Part shown: one piece after another, positions 10,385-20,575 of the stretch
Numbering within the stretch: position 1 is the first letter of the stretch
How the letters are laid out: every line of letters starts with the position of its first letter
From: Verrucomicrobiota bacterium
Lineage (GTDB): Bacteria; Verrucomicrobiota; Verrucomicrobiia; Limisphaerales; UBA11358
Length of the DNA stretch: 64,000 bases
NCBI GenBank assembly: GCA_050012035.1
Contig: JBEKHY010000016.1
Coordinates: forward strand, 93,528 to 157,527
Direction: 5' to 3'
The notes under the pieces: model-generated
What the model was told of the DNA's origin: nothing
The model's database searches: none
Seen by the model: only the letters and a program-made list of their open reading frames with translations
Made by a program: the position numbers and the translations under genes

Positions 10385-10386
<2 letters not shown>
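10354..10386. repeat. Heptamer tandem repeat (GTTGAGA-like)
   Basis: ggttgagagttgaaagttgagggttgagagtt fills the metK-ahcY spacer. Confidence 0.8.
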
Positions 10387-11599
<1,213 letters not shown>

Positions 11600-11644
11600 T
11601 CAATTTACGGGCGTTGTTTTTTTGTGTGCCAAATACATATTGAC

Positions 11645-11664
11645 GTATCAAGATAAGATGATAT
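11645..11664. promoter_or_regulatory. Putative SahR operator (20-bp imperfect palindrome)
   Basis: GTATCAAGATAAGATGATAT between divergent metK and the ArsR-methyltransferase gene. Resembles the ATATCAAG-N4-CTTGATAT type consensus I recall for SahR and overlaps a TTGACG -35-like hexamer. Confidence 0.75.
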
Positions 11665-11722
11665 ATGGAAATTGACACGCGTCAAACGCTTTCTGGAAAT
11701 ATTTAGGCGCACACAAATTAAC

Positions 11723-12655
11723 ATGTCCTCGACGCTGAAATCATTGCGGGCGTTGTCCGACCCGACGCGACTGCGCATCGTGGCGCTGCTGGAGCGGGAC
11801 GAATTGTCCGTGAACGAGCTGCAGGAAATCACGCGGCTCGGCCAGTCGCGCATCTCCACGCATCTCGGCCTGTTGCAGGATTCGGAACTGGTGCAGTCGC
11901 GGCGCGAGGGCAAGCGGACGTTTTACAAGCTGAACCCGAACGCGGACGGCGCGGCACGCGAATTCATCCAACTGGCCATTCGCGGCGCGAAGGAGCTGTC
12001 CGAGCACGCGGGCGACCAGATCAATCTCAAGCGCATCCTCGGCCGGCGCCGGGAGCAGGCGCAGGTTTATTTCAACCAGGTTGCCGGACGGTTTGACCGC
12101 ATTTATGGCCCGGGGCGTTCGTGGCAGGCCTTTGGGCATTTGCTGCTGCGCATCCTGCCGCCGCTCGTCGTGGCCGACCTCGGTTCGGGCGAAGGGTTGT
12201 TGAGCGAACTGCTGGCGCGCCGGTGCAAAAAGGTCGTCGCCGTGGACAACTCGGAAAAGATTGTTGCCTTTGGCGCGGCCAAGGCGAAAAAGAACGGGCT
12301 GAAAAATCTGGAATTCCGGCTCGGCGATTTGCAGGACCCGCCCATCCAGGCAAACAGTGTTGACCTGGTGATTTTGAGCCAGGCATTGCATCACGCGGAT
12401 GCGCCGGCCAAGGCCATTCGCAGCGCGCATAAAATTTTGAAGAACAGCGGGCAGATCATGATTCTCGATTTGCTCAAACACAACTTCGGTAAGGCACACG
12501 AGCTTTACGGCGACCGCTGGCCCGGGTTCGCCGAAAGCGATTTGCACCGCTGGCTGGAGGAGGCGGGTTTCAAAAAAATTGAAATCAGCGTCGTCGCCCG
12601 CGAAGAATCGCCGCCGCATTTTCAGACGATTCTGGCGGGCGGGGAAAAAGCGTAG
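11723..12655 (+). CDS. sahR: ArsR HTH plus SAM-binding methyltransferase-domain regulator (SahR-like)
   Basis: ALSDPTRLRI...QSRISTHL (ArsR) fused to VADLGSGEG; divergent from metK-ahcY. Confidence 0.85.
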   Translation: MSSTLKSLRALSDPTRLRIVALLERDELSVNELQEITRLGQSRISTHLGLLQDSELVQSRREGKRTFYKLNPNADGAAREFIQLAIRGAKELSEHAGDQINLKRILGRRREQAQVYFNQVAGRFDRIYGPGRSWQAFGHLLLRILPPLVVADLGSGEGLLSELLARRCKKVVAVDNSEKIVAFGAAKAKKNGLKNLEFRLGDLQDPPIQANSVDLVILSQALHHADAPAKAIRSAHKILKNSGQIMILDLLKHNFGKAHELYGDRWPGFAESDLHRWLEEAGFKKIEISVVAREESPPHFQTILAGGEKA

Positions 12656-12719
12656 GACAGGCATCGCGCCTGTCTCCAGTTTCTCCCAACGTTTAAGACA
12701 GGCTGGAAGCCTGTCCTAC
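12652..12719. repeat. GTAG-type REP doublet between convergent sahR and leuS
   Basis: GTAGGACAGGCATCGCGCCTGTC...GACAGGCTGGAAGCCTGTCCTAC; overlaps the sahR stop; related copy inside recG. Confidence 0.85.
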
Positions 12720-12722
12720 ACT

Positions 12723-15578
12723 TTATACCACCGCAATGTTCACCAGCTTTTTCGGCACGACGATAACTTTCCTGATCGTCTTGCCGGCGATGAACGGTTG
12801 CACTTTTTCCGACGCCTTGGCGGCGGCTTCGAGCGCGGCGTTGTCAGCGTTGGCCGGCACTTTGATAACGTCGCGCAGCTTGCCGTTGACCTGCACGGGA
12901 ATCTCCAGCGTGTCCTCGACAAGCAGGGCTGGATCAAATTTGGGCCACGGAGCGTAGACCAAGCTGGTTGAGAGTTGAGGGTTGAGTGTTGAGAGTTTTT
13001 GCCAGAGCTCTTCCGCGAGATGCGGCGCGAAAGGCGCGAGTAAAATCAGGAAATCGCGCAGCACAACCACCGGCTTCGTTTCCCAGGTGATGGCGTCATT
13101 TACAAAAACCATGAGCGCGGAAATGGCGGTGTTGAAGCGCATGCCGTCGAGGTCTTCGGTAACTTTTTTGATGCAGGCGTGAAGGACTTTGAGTTGCACC
13201 GGGGTCGCCGACACGTCTTTGATTGCCGAATTTAACTTGATCAGGCTCAATAGATTTGTAGCCGCGTTCGTGCGAACATCCGCGGATTCACATCCGCGGC
13301 TACAATCGGTGGTTGTCTCCGCCTGCTCAAATTCCGTTTCGCTTTTTTCGTCCACGAGCAGCCGCCAGACGCGGCCGAGAAAACGGTAAACGCCTTCGAC
13401 GCCCTTGGTGCTCCACGGCTTCACCATTTCGAGCGGTCCCATGAACATCTCGTAAAGACGGAAGGCATCGGCGCCGTATTCCTTCAAAATGTCGTCGGGA
13501 TTCACCACGTTGCCGCGCGATTTGGACATCTTCTGGCCGTCTTCGCCGAGAATCAGCCCTTGATTGACGAGCTTGAAAAACGGTTCGGGCGTCGAGACGT
13601 AGCCGAGGTCGAACAGCACCTTGTGCCAGAAACGGGCGTAGAGCAGATGCAACACGGCGTGCTCGGTACCGCCAACGTATAAATCAACACCTGGCGTGGA
13701 TTTAGGAACTTGGGTCTGGGATCCCGGTTCTCGGGAACCCATCCAATAACGCTCCGCATCTTTGCCGACGAACGATTGCGCATTCTTCGCGTCGAGGTAA
13801 CGCAAATAATACCAGCAACTGCCGGCCCATTGCGGCATGGTGTTTGTCTCACGCGTCGAGCCGTCGGGTAGGTTCACCCAATCCTTCGCGCGGGCGAGCG
13901 GCGGCTCGCCGGTGGCGGTCGGCTTATAATCGGTCAACTCCGGCGGCAAAACTGGCAATGCACTTTCGGGCAACGCTTCGTGATAATGGTATCGGTCGGC
14001 ATCTTTTTTCCAAACGATTGGAAACGGCTCGCCCCAGTATCGTTGCCGGCTGAACAGCCAGTCACGGAGCTTGTAATTGACTTTTTCTGCGCCGAGATTT
14101 TTCAAGCCGAGCCATTCTGTGATTTTCTTCTTGGCTTCGGACGTTGGCAAACCGGTGATGGAAACCTCCGGGCTGGTTGAATTCACCGACGTGCCGTCAG
14201 CCACAAACCCCCGCCAATCAGTTTTCGGGTCGGGCGGCTGAACAACCTGAACGATTGGCAAATTGAATTTCGTTGCGAACTCGAAATCGCGGGTGTCATG
14301 CGCTGGCACAGCCATAATTGCGCCTGTGCCGTAGCTGGCGAGGACATAATCAGCAATCCAGATGGGAATCTTCTGGTTATTGACGGGATTGATGGCGTAA
14401 GCGCCGGTGAACACGCCGGTTTTTTCCTTGGCGAGTTCAGTGCGTTCCAAATCCGATTTTTTAGCGACTTCAGCTTTGTATCTTTCAACCGCATCGTGCT
14501 GCTCCGGCGTTGTGATCTGATCAACCAATTTGTGTTCGGGCGCGAGCACCATATAAGTCGCGCCGAAAAGCGTATCTGGTCGAGTTGTAAAGACGGTAAT
14601 TATTTGGTTCGAATTGACTAACTTGAACTCAACAAAAGCGCCTTCACTCCGCCCAATCCAGTTCCGTTGCATTTCCTTGAGCGATTCGCTCCAGTCAATC
14701 GTGTCGAGGTCCCGCAGAAGACGTTCGGCGTAGGCGGTGATGCGAAGCATCCATTGGCGCATCGGTTTGCGCACAACCGGGAAACCGCCGACCTCGCTCT
14801 TGCCGTCCACGACTTCTTCGTTGGCCAGAACCGTTCCGAGTTGTTCGCACCACCAAACTGGTGCTTTGGTCACATAGGCGAGACGTTTATTGTTAATTAA
14901 ATTAAATTCATCAAATTTTTCCTTTTCGCGAAGCTTTACGGACCGGAGGCCATTTAAATAGTTATTGTTCTGCCATTCACTTTTTCGTTTTGGATTTTCA
15001 GAAAGCGCGTCTTCTAAAATTTCAATTGGCCTTACTTTATTCCATTCTGGATCAAAGTAGCTGTTGTAAAGCTTGAGAAAAATCCACTGGGTCCATTTGA
15101 AATAATCCGGGTCGGTAGTGGCGAATTCGCGCGACCAGTCGTAGCTGAAGCCAAGCGATTGAATCTGCCGCTTGAAGGTGGCGATGTTCTGCTCGGTAGT
15201 CTGGCGCGGGTGCTGGCTAGTCTTGACTGCATATTGCTCGGCGGGCAGACCGAAGGCGTCCCAGCCCATCGGGTGCAGGACGTTGAAACCGAGCGCGCGC
15301 TTATAACGGGCGAGGATGTCGGTGGCGGTGTAACCTTCCGGATGGCCGACATGCAAACCCGCCCCGGACGGGTAGGGAAACATGTCGAGAATGTAAAATT
15401 TTGGCGGGGCCTTGCGGCCGGTCACCATGGACTCGGCGCCATGCCGTTTGGCGAAGGGATGGCTCTCCGGGATTTTTTCATCTGGATTCCAGGCGCGAAA
15501 GGTCTGCTGTTCGTCCCAAAATTGCTGCCATTTGGGCTCGATCAGATGAAACGGATATTGGCGGCGGCCGCTTGCCAT
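12723..15578 (-). CDS. leuS: Leucine--tRNA ligase
   Basis: [14 protein letters not shown] (HIGH), [24 protein letters not shown]. Start set at [10 protein letters not shown]. Confidence 0.98.
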   Translation of the reverse strand: MASGRRQYPFHLIEPKWQQFWDEQQTFRAWNPDEKIPESHPFAKRHGAESMVTGRKAPPKFYILDMFPYPSGAGLHVGHPEGYTATDILARYKRALGFNVLHPMGWDAFGLPAEQYAVKTSQHPRQTTEQNIATFKRQIQSLGFSYDWSREFATTDPDYFKWTQWIFLKLYNSYFDPEWNKVRPIEILEDALSENPKRKSEWQNNNYLNGLRSVKLREKEKFDEFNLINNKRLAYVTKAPVWWCEQLGTVLANEEVVDGKSEVGGFPVVRKPMRQWMLRITAYAERLLRDLDTIDWSESLKEMQRNWIGRSEGAFVEFKLVNSNQIITVFTTRPDTLFGATYMVLAPEHKLVDQITTPEQHDAVERYKAEVAKKSDLERTELAKEKTGVFTGAYAINPVNNQKIPIWIADYVLASYGTGAIMAVPAHDTRDFEFATKFNLPIVQVVQPPDPKTDWRGFVADGTSVNSTSPEVSITGLPTSEAKKKITEWLGLKNLGAEKVNYKLRDWLFSRQRYWGEPFPIVWKKDADRYHYHEALPESALPVLPPELTDYKPTATGEPPLARAKDWVNLPDGSTRETNTMPQWAGSCWYYLRYLDAKNAQSFVGKDAERYWMGSREPGSQTQVPKSTPGVDLYVGGTEHAVLHLLYARFWHKVLFDLGYVSTPEPFFKLVNQGLILGEDGQKMSKSRGNVVNPDDILKEYGADAFRLYEMFMGPLEMVKPWSTKGVEGVYRFLGRVWRLLVDEKSETEFEQAETTTDCSRGCESADVRTNAATNLLSLIKLNSAIKDVSATPVQLKVLHACIKKVTEDLDGMRFNTAISALMVFVNDAITWETKPVVVLRDFLILLAPFAPHLAEELWQKLSTLNPQLSTSLVYAPWPKFDPALLVEDTLEIPVQVNGKLRDVIKVPANADNAALEAAAKASEKVQPFIAGKTIRKVIVVPKKLVNIAVV

Positions 15579-15641
15579 AGGTGCGGGATTTTGGGGAAAG
15601 CGGCACGGCGGGGCAATGGCGGAGTTGACCAGGCAACGCTT

Positions 15642-15730
15642 GGGGGCGCGGCTGTGGTCGCAGATCCAGCCGCAGCGGGTTGGAATTACCGAAGGTACCG
15701 CGGCTGGTGCTTCGCACACAGCCACGCTCC
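15642..15730. repeat. REP-like inverted doublet between coaX and leuS
   Basis: GGGGCGCGGCTGTG...CCAGCCGC / GCGGCTGG...CACAGCCACGCTCC inverted arms. Confidence 0.7.
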
Positions 15731-15751
15731 TTTTGTTTGAGCAATACACCC

Positions 15752-16498
15752 TCAACCCGCCAGCCACACCAATCGCAAACCTTCGAGCGTCAAATTCGGT
15801 TCCACGGCCGCGATTTCAGGCAGCTTCGCTGCAATCAACTTTGCACAACCGCCCGTGGCCACCACCGGCAAATGTTTCACCTTTAATTCGCGCTTCAACT
15901 CGGCGATCAATTCACGCACCAGCCCGCGATAACCATGCACCGCACCGACGAGCATCGCCTGCTCGGTGCTCCGGCCAATGCTCGTTTTGACCTCGTGGAT
16001 TTTGATGCGCGGCAGCAAGGCCGTTTTCTCATGCAGATAATCCGTCATCGCCGCCAGCCCCGGCGCAATGATGCCGCCGGCGTAATTGCCGTCGCGATTG
16101 ACGACATCAAACGTCACCGCCGTTCCGAAATCCACCACCACCACCGGCGCGCCGAAGCGCTGGCGCGCAGCGACGGCGTTTGCCAGGCGATCCTCCCCGA
16201 TTGTGTCCGGTTTCGGATAATCAATGCCCACGCCGCAAAGTGTTTTTCGCGTGAGTTCAAGCGTGTTCAAATTCCAAAGCCGGCGGACGGTTTTGCGGAC
16301 GTGCGGTGTCGCGCGCGGCACCACGCTGCACAATACCGCGCCTTCCAGGCTCGCGCGGCCCACGAATCGTTTTACCAACTGCTCCGCCGCGCCACGAAAC
16401 CAGGCCGGTGTGGGGATGTTCGCATGCTTAATCACACGCCGGTCATTGGCCAGACCGAGGTGCGTGTTTGTGTTGCCGATGTCGAAAAGCAAAAGCAT
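15752..16498 (-). CDS. coaX: Type III pantothenate kinase
   Basis: [41 protein letters not shown]. Confidence 0.96.
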   Translation of the reverse strand: MLLLFDIGNTNTHLGLANDRRVIKHANIPTPAWFRGAAEQLVKRFVGRASLEGAVLCSVVPRATPHVRKTVRRLWNLNTLELTRKTLCGVGIDYPKPDTIGEDRLANAVAARQRFGAPVVVVDFGTAVTFDVVNRDGNYAGGIIAPGLAAMTDYLHEKTALLPRIKIHEVKTSIGRSTEQAMLVGAVHGYRGLVRELIAELKRELKVKHLPVVATGGCAKLIAAKLPEIAAVEPNLTLEGLRLVWLAG

Positions 16499-16499
16499 G

Positions 16500-16576
16500 G
16501 CGTAATGGGGTAACGGAGTAGTGGAGTGTTGGAAATCTTTTTCGGTGCCGCACCACTCCATTGCTCCATTGCTCCG
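16500..16576. repeat. Inverted arrays of 8-mer repeats (GGAGTART / ATTGCTCC)
   Basis: gtaatggggtaacggagtagtggagtgttgga ... accactccattgctccattgctcc in the birA-coaX spacer. Confidence 0.65.
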
Positions 16577-16577
16577 T

Positions 16578-17555
16578 TTATTTTTCGAGCGTCACATCGC
16601 CGCCGCTGATGCGCTCCAGGTGGCCGTGTTCGGTGCGCAACAACAGCGCGCCGTCGTCGCCCAGTGACTCGGCCCGGCCGCGCACACGCCGCCCGCCAAT
16701 CTGAATTGTCACCGTGCGGCCAATCGTCGTGCAATGCGCCTCCCACTCGTCGGCCACGTCCGCAAAGAAATCGCCGCAGACGCGCGCGTAGTCGTGATCG
16801 AGTTCGCGCAAAATGGCTGTTGCCAGCTCCGGTCGGGAAATCATTTTGCCGGTCTCAATTTTCAGCGACGTCGCCGTCTTGCGTAATTCGGCCGGGAATT
16901 CATTCACATTCTGGTTTGCGTCCACGCCGATGCCGAGGATGACGTGTTTGACGCGGTTCAATTCGGCGCTCAACTCGGTCAGGATGCCCGCGACTTTTTT
17001 GCCGCGAATCAAAATGTCATTCGGCCATTTGATTTCCGGGTCCAGGCCGGATTCGGATTGAATCGCGCGCCGGAGGGCGGTGGCGGAAGCGACCGTCAAT
17101 TGCGTTGTCTCCTGCGGACGCAAATCCGGTCGCAGCAAAACTGAAAACCAAATACCTTTCCGCGCCGGCGACAGCCACACCCGGCCGAGCCGGCCACGGC
17201 CTCTGGTCTGCGATTCCGCAAAAACGACGGCGCCTTCCTTCACGCCATCACGCGCCAGTTTTTCAATCACGTCGTTGGTGGAAGTGGTCTGCTCGAACAC
17301 GCGGATGTCGCGGCCGACAATTTCAGTTCTGCCGAGGCGTGCGAGCAAATCGTCCGCGTGCAGCGCGTCCGGCGCGCTCACGAGCCGGTAGCCAGAGTGC
17401 GGGCCGGCCTCGATGTCGTAGCCAAGCTGGCGTAACTCCTCGATGTGTCCCCATATCGCCGCGCGGGTGATGCCCAATTGCCCGGCAATTTCCGCACCCG
17501 ACACTCCGTCGGGATTCGCGCGCAACGCAGTAAGAATTTCTGCGTCGGTAGTCAT
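16578..17555 (-). CDS. birA: Bifunctional biotin repressor / biotin--[acetyl-CoA carboxylase] ligase
   Basis: N-terminal HTH (VSGAEIAGQLGITRAAIW), QTRGRGRLGRVW, IKWPND, KVAGILTE. Confidence 0.96.
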   Translation of the reverse strand: MTTDAEILTALRANPDGVSGAEIAGQLGITRAAIWGHIEELRQLGYDIEAGPHSGYRLVSAPDALHADDLLARLGRTEIVGRDIRVFEQTTSTNDVIEKLARDGVKEGAVVFAESQTRGRGRLGRVWLSPARKGIWFSVLLRPDLRPQETTQLTVASATALRRAIQSESGLDPEIKWPNDILIRGKKVAGILTELSAELNRVKHVILGIGVDANQNVNEFPAELRKTATSLKIETGKMISRPELATAILRELDHDYARVCGDFFADVADEWEAHCTTIGRTVTIQIGGRRVRGRAESLGDDGALLLRTEHGHLERISGGDVTLEK

Positions 17556-17560
17556 TTCAT

Positions 17561-17628
17561 TTCGTCCTCGTTGTCGTCCTTGTTCTCGCAATCGAATTAT
17601 CAAGGACGAGAACGAGAATGAGGAAGAT
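17561..17628. repeat. Inverted hexamer arrays (TCGTCC / GACGAG)
   Basis: ttcgtcctcgttgtcgtccttgttctcg ... aaggacgagaacgagaatgaggaagat in the nadC-birA spacer. Confidence 0.65.
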
Positions 17629-17634
17629 AAAAAT

Positions 17635-18486
17635 TCATTCTTCGAAATCCAAACCAATGTCCACCGCGCGCGCGGAATGCGTAATCGCGCCGACGGAAAT
17701 GAAATCCACGCCACTTTCGGCAATGGCGCGGACGTTCGCCAGATTCACGCCGCCGCTGGCCTCGGTTTTGGCGCGGCCTTTGACTTTCTGCACCGCGAGC
17801 CGCAGTTGGATCGGATTCATGTTGTCGAGCAGAATGATGTCCGCGCCCACCTCGGCAGCCTGCTCAACCTGCTCCAAGGTGTCGGCTTCGACCTCGATTT
17901 TCAGTTTCGGAAACTTTTCGCGCGCGCGCTGAATGGCCGCGGCAACGGCGTTCGGCTTCGCGTCGCGCAACACGGCGAGATGGTTGTCTTTGATCAACAC
18001 CAGGTCAAACAAGCCGGCACGATGATTGTATCCGCCGCCGCACGCGACGGCATATTTTTCAAACCGCCGCCAGCCCGGCGCGGTCTTGCGCGTGTCGAGA
18101 ATTCGCGCTTGAGTTCCCTTGATAGCTTCGACGAATTGCGCGGTGAGCGTGGCGATGCCGGAAAGCCGCTGGACAAAATTCAGCGCCACGCGCTCGGCGC
18201 TTAAAATCGCGCGGGCCGGGCCGGAAATTTTCAGCAACGTTTCGCCGTTGCCGGCCTTCCGGCCGTCCTTGACGAGGCGTTCGATTTGGACGACGGAGGA
18301 AAGCTCGGTGAACGCGGCTTCGGCAAACAGGAGCCCGGCAACGATGAGCGGTTCGCGCGCGCGCACGGCGGCCCGGGCCGTGAGTTTTTCCGGCACGGTG
18401 GCCAGCGTCGTGGCGTCGCCACTGCCGATGTCCTCGGCCAGCGCGGCCTGGACGGCTTGACGAATTTCTGTGGCGGACAATTCCAC
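17635..18486 (-). CDS. nadC: Nicotinate-nucleotide pyrophosphorylase (carboxylating)
   Basis: LDTRKT, LIKDNH, IEVEAD, ILLDN, EASGG, ISVGAITHS. Confidence 0.97.
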   Translation of the reverse strand: MELSATEIRQAVQAALAEDIGSGDATTLATVPEKLTARAAVRAREPLIVAGLLFAEAAFTELSSVVQIERLVKDGRKAGNGETLLKISGPARAILSAERVALNFVQRLSGIATLTAQFVEAIKGTQARILDTRKTAPGWRRFEKYAVACGGGYNHRAGLFDLVLIKDNHLAVLRDAKPNAVAAAIQRAREKFPKLKIEVEADTLEQVEQAAEVGADIILLDNMNPIQLRLAVQKVKGRAKTEASGGVNLANVRAIAESGVDFISVGAITHSARAVDIGLDFEE

Positions 18487-18808
18487 GCTGTTAAAATGAA
18501 GGTGAATGGAAAAAGGGAAAAGGAAAAAAGGTGAAATCCCCTGTGCGCGGCGGAGCCGTAATTAAAGGAGCGCGGCATTCGGTCGTGTCCTGATTTGAAA
18601 TTTTTAGGTGCCAAGATGAATTTTGTCTTGCCAGCAGCCGGTTTATCAAGCGGGCTTATCAGGGGAACATCCGTTGCTTTTCCCCCTGAAGCGAGGCGGT
18701 TTAAACGGTTTATTGATTCAGCGGCTCAACGGATTTGCGGTTCACGTCGCGATTTTTCGGGGATTTCGCAACTTTTCCCGGCCTTGGCTGTTAAAACAGA
18801 GGTAACAA

Positions 18809-20575
18809 ATGGCTTTTGGCTCGGTAAAAGATCTCGTCGCGTCGGTCGCCGAAGCAACGTCGGTGCAGTTTGACGACTGGCACAAGGCGTGGCGCGCAGC
18901 GGTGGCCGGCGGCTCGACGGAACCGCTGTTGTCATTCGTGGCGCGTGAGCGTGGCGTGGCGGAGGATATTTTTCTGCAACGGCTGGCCACGACGCTCGGC
19001 TGGCCGTTCCTCGATTTGCACAAACACACAATTCCACAGGAGGCGCGGAACAAAATCTCCACGAAGGTTGCGTTTCAATATTCCGTCCTGCCGGCGGCGA
19101 TGAACGACAATACGTTGCAGGTGGCCGTGAGCGATCCGTTTGACGCGGCGATGGCGAGCGCGGTGCGGTTTGACGCGCACATGCCGGTACAGTTCGCTCT
19201 CGCGCCGAAAACCGAAATCGAAAAGGCGTTGAAGCGATACTACGGCGTCGGTGCCGAAACGCTGGAGGAACTGGGCGAGGAAGCGCCGATGGAATTGGAA
19301 ATCGCCAGCGACAAGGAAATCACCGAGGCCGACCAGGAGGCGAGCGTCATCAAGTTTGTGAACCAGATTATCTGGGAGGCGTTCAAGGATCGCGCAACGG
19401 ACATTCATTTCGAGCCGGAGGAGGATGATTTGCGCATCCGCTACCGCATTGACGGCATTTTGCACCAGACGCCGATGCCGCCGCAGCTCAAACGTTTTCA
19501 GGCGGCGCTCATCTCGCGCATCAAGGTGATGAGCGGCATGAATATCGCCGAAAAACGCCTGCCCCAGGACGGCCGCATCAACGTCCGCATCAAGGGCGAG
19601 GAACTGGACATCCGCGTTTCCACCGTGCCGACGGTTTATGGCGAAAGCGTGTCGTTGCGCCTGCTGACGCGCGGCAAAATCTTTTTGAGCCTGGACAAAC
19701 TCGGCTTTGCGCCGCAGGACGAAGCCATCATCCGCGAAATCATCGTCAAGCCGCACGGGATTTTTCTGGTGACCGGCCCCACCGGTTCGGGCAAATCCAC
19801 GTCGCTCTACGCCTTTTTGGCCGCCATCAACTCCGTCCACAAACGCATTATCACCGTGGAGGAGCCGGTCGAATATGAACTCAAGGGCATCAACCAGATT
19901 GCGGTGCGGCCGGAAATCGGGCTGACGTTTGCGATGGGCTTGCGCCACATTTTGCGCCAGGACCCGAACGTGATCATGGTCGGCGAAATCCGCGACCTGG
20001 AAACCGCCGAGATCGCCATCCGCGCCTCGCTTACCGGCCACCTGGTGTTCAGCACGCTACACACTAACGACGCGCCGAGCGCGTTCACACGGTTGATTGA
20101 CATGGGCATCGAGCCGTTTCTGGTGGCGTCGTCGGTCGAAGCCGTCATGGCACAACGCCTCGTGCGCACGATTTGTCCCGTTTGCAAAACCGAGCAGAAG
20201 GTCGAGCGCAATTACCTGAAAAAAATCGGTTTTCCCGAAAATGAAATTACCACGGCGAAATTCTGGCACGGCGCCGGTTGCGAGGATTGCCGGCAGCTCG
20301 GCTATCAGGGGCGCAAAGGCATTTACGAATTACTCATCGTCACCGAGGCGGTTCGTCCGCTCGTGATGAGCCGCGCGACGACGACGAGCATCGCGCAGCG
20401 CGCCATCGAAAACGGTATGCGCACGCTCCGCACCGACGGCTGGAACAAGGTCAGGAACGGCGAGACGACCATCGAGGAAGTCCTGCGCGTCACGCAAATC
20501 GAGGAACACCTTGATTCACTGGCCGAAGACGACAAGGCTAACTTGCGCATTAAAGGCGCGGGGGCACGAGAATGA
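18809..20575 (+). CDS. gspE: GspE/PilB family secretion ATPase
   Basis: ATDIHFEP, RLPQDGR, GPTGSGKST, LRQDPNVIMVGEIRD, TGHLVFSTLHTN, CxxC...CxxC. Confidence 0.93.
   Translation: MAFGSVKDLVASVAEATSVQFDDWHKAWRAAVAGGSTEPLLSFVARERGVAEDIFLQRLATTLGWPFLDLHKHTIPQEARNKISTKVAFQYSVLPAAMNDNTLQVAVSDPFDAAMASAVRFDAHMPVQFALAPKTEIEKALKRYYGVGAETLEELGEEAPMELEIASDKEITEADQEASVIKFVNQIIWEAFKDRATDIHFEPEEDDLRIRYRIDGILHQTPMPPQLKRFQAALISRIKVMSGMNIAEKRLPQDGRINVRIKGEELDIRVSTVPTVYGESVSLRLLTRGKIFLSLDKLGFAPQDEAIIREIIVKPHGIFLVTGPTGSGKSTSLYAFLAAINSVHKRIITVEEPVEYELKGINQIAVRPEIGLTFAMGLRHILRQDPNVIMVGEIRDLETAEIAIRASLTGHLVFSTLHTNDAPSAFTRLIDMGIEPFLVASSVEAVMAQRLVRTICPVCKTEQKVERNYLKKIGFPENEITTAKFWHGAGCEDCRQLGYQGRKGIYELLIVTEAVRPLVMSRATTTSIAQRAIENGMRTLRTDGWNKVRNGETTIEEVLRVTQIEEHLDSLAEDDKANLRIKGAGARE

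Noticed and set aside
15579-15767. N-terminal extension of leuS in the ORF track
   Set aside because: It translates an intergenic REP-like doublet and overlaps coaX; LeuRS similarity starts at [10 protein letters not shown].
17556-17723. N-terminal extension of birA in the ORF track (SSSFSFSS)
   Set aside because: Derived from the hexamer repeat spacer and the nadC overlap.
18487-18808. Possible riboswitch upstream of nadC or regulatory RNA before gspE
   Set aside because: Only a purine-rich run, a REP-like half and one hairpin are visible; no aptamer consensus I can recognise. An Rfam scan would settle it.
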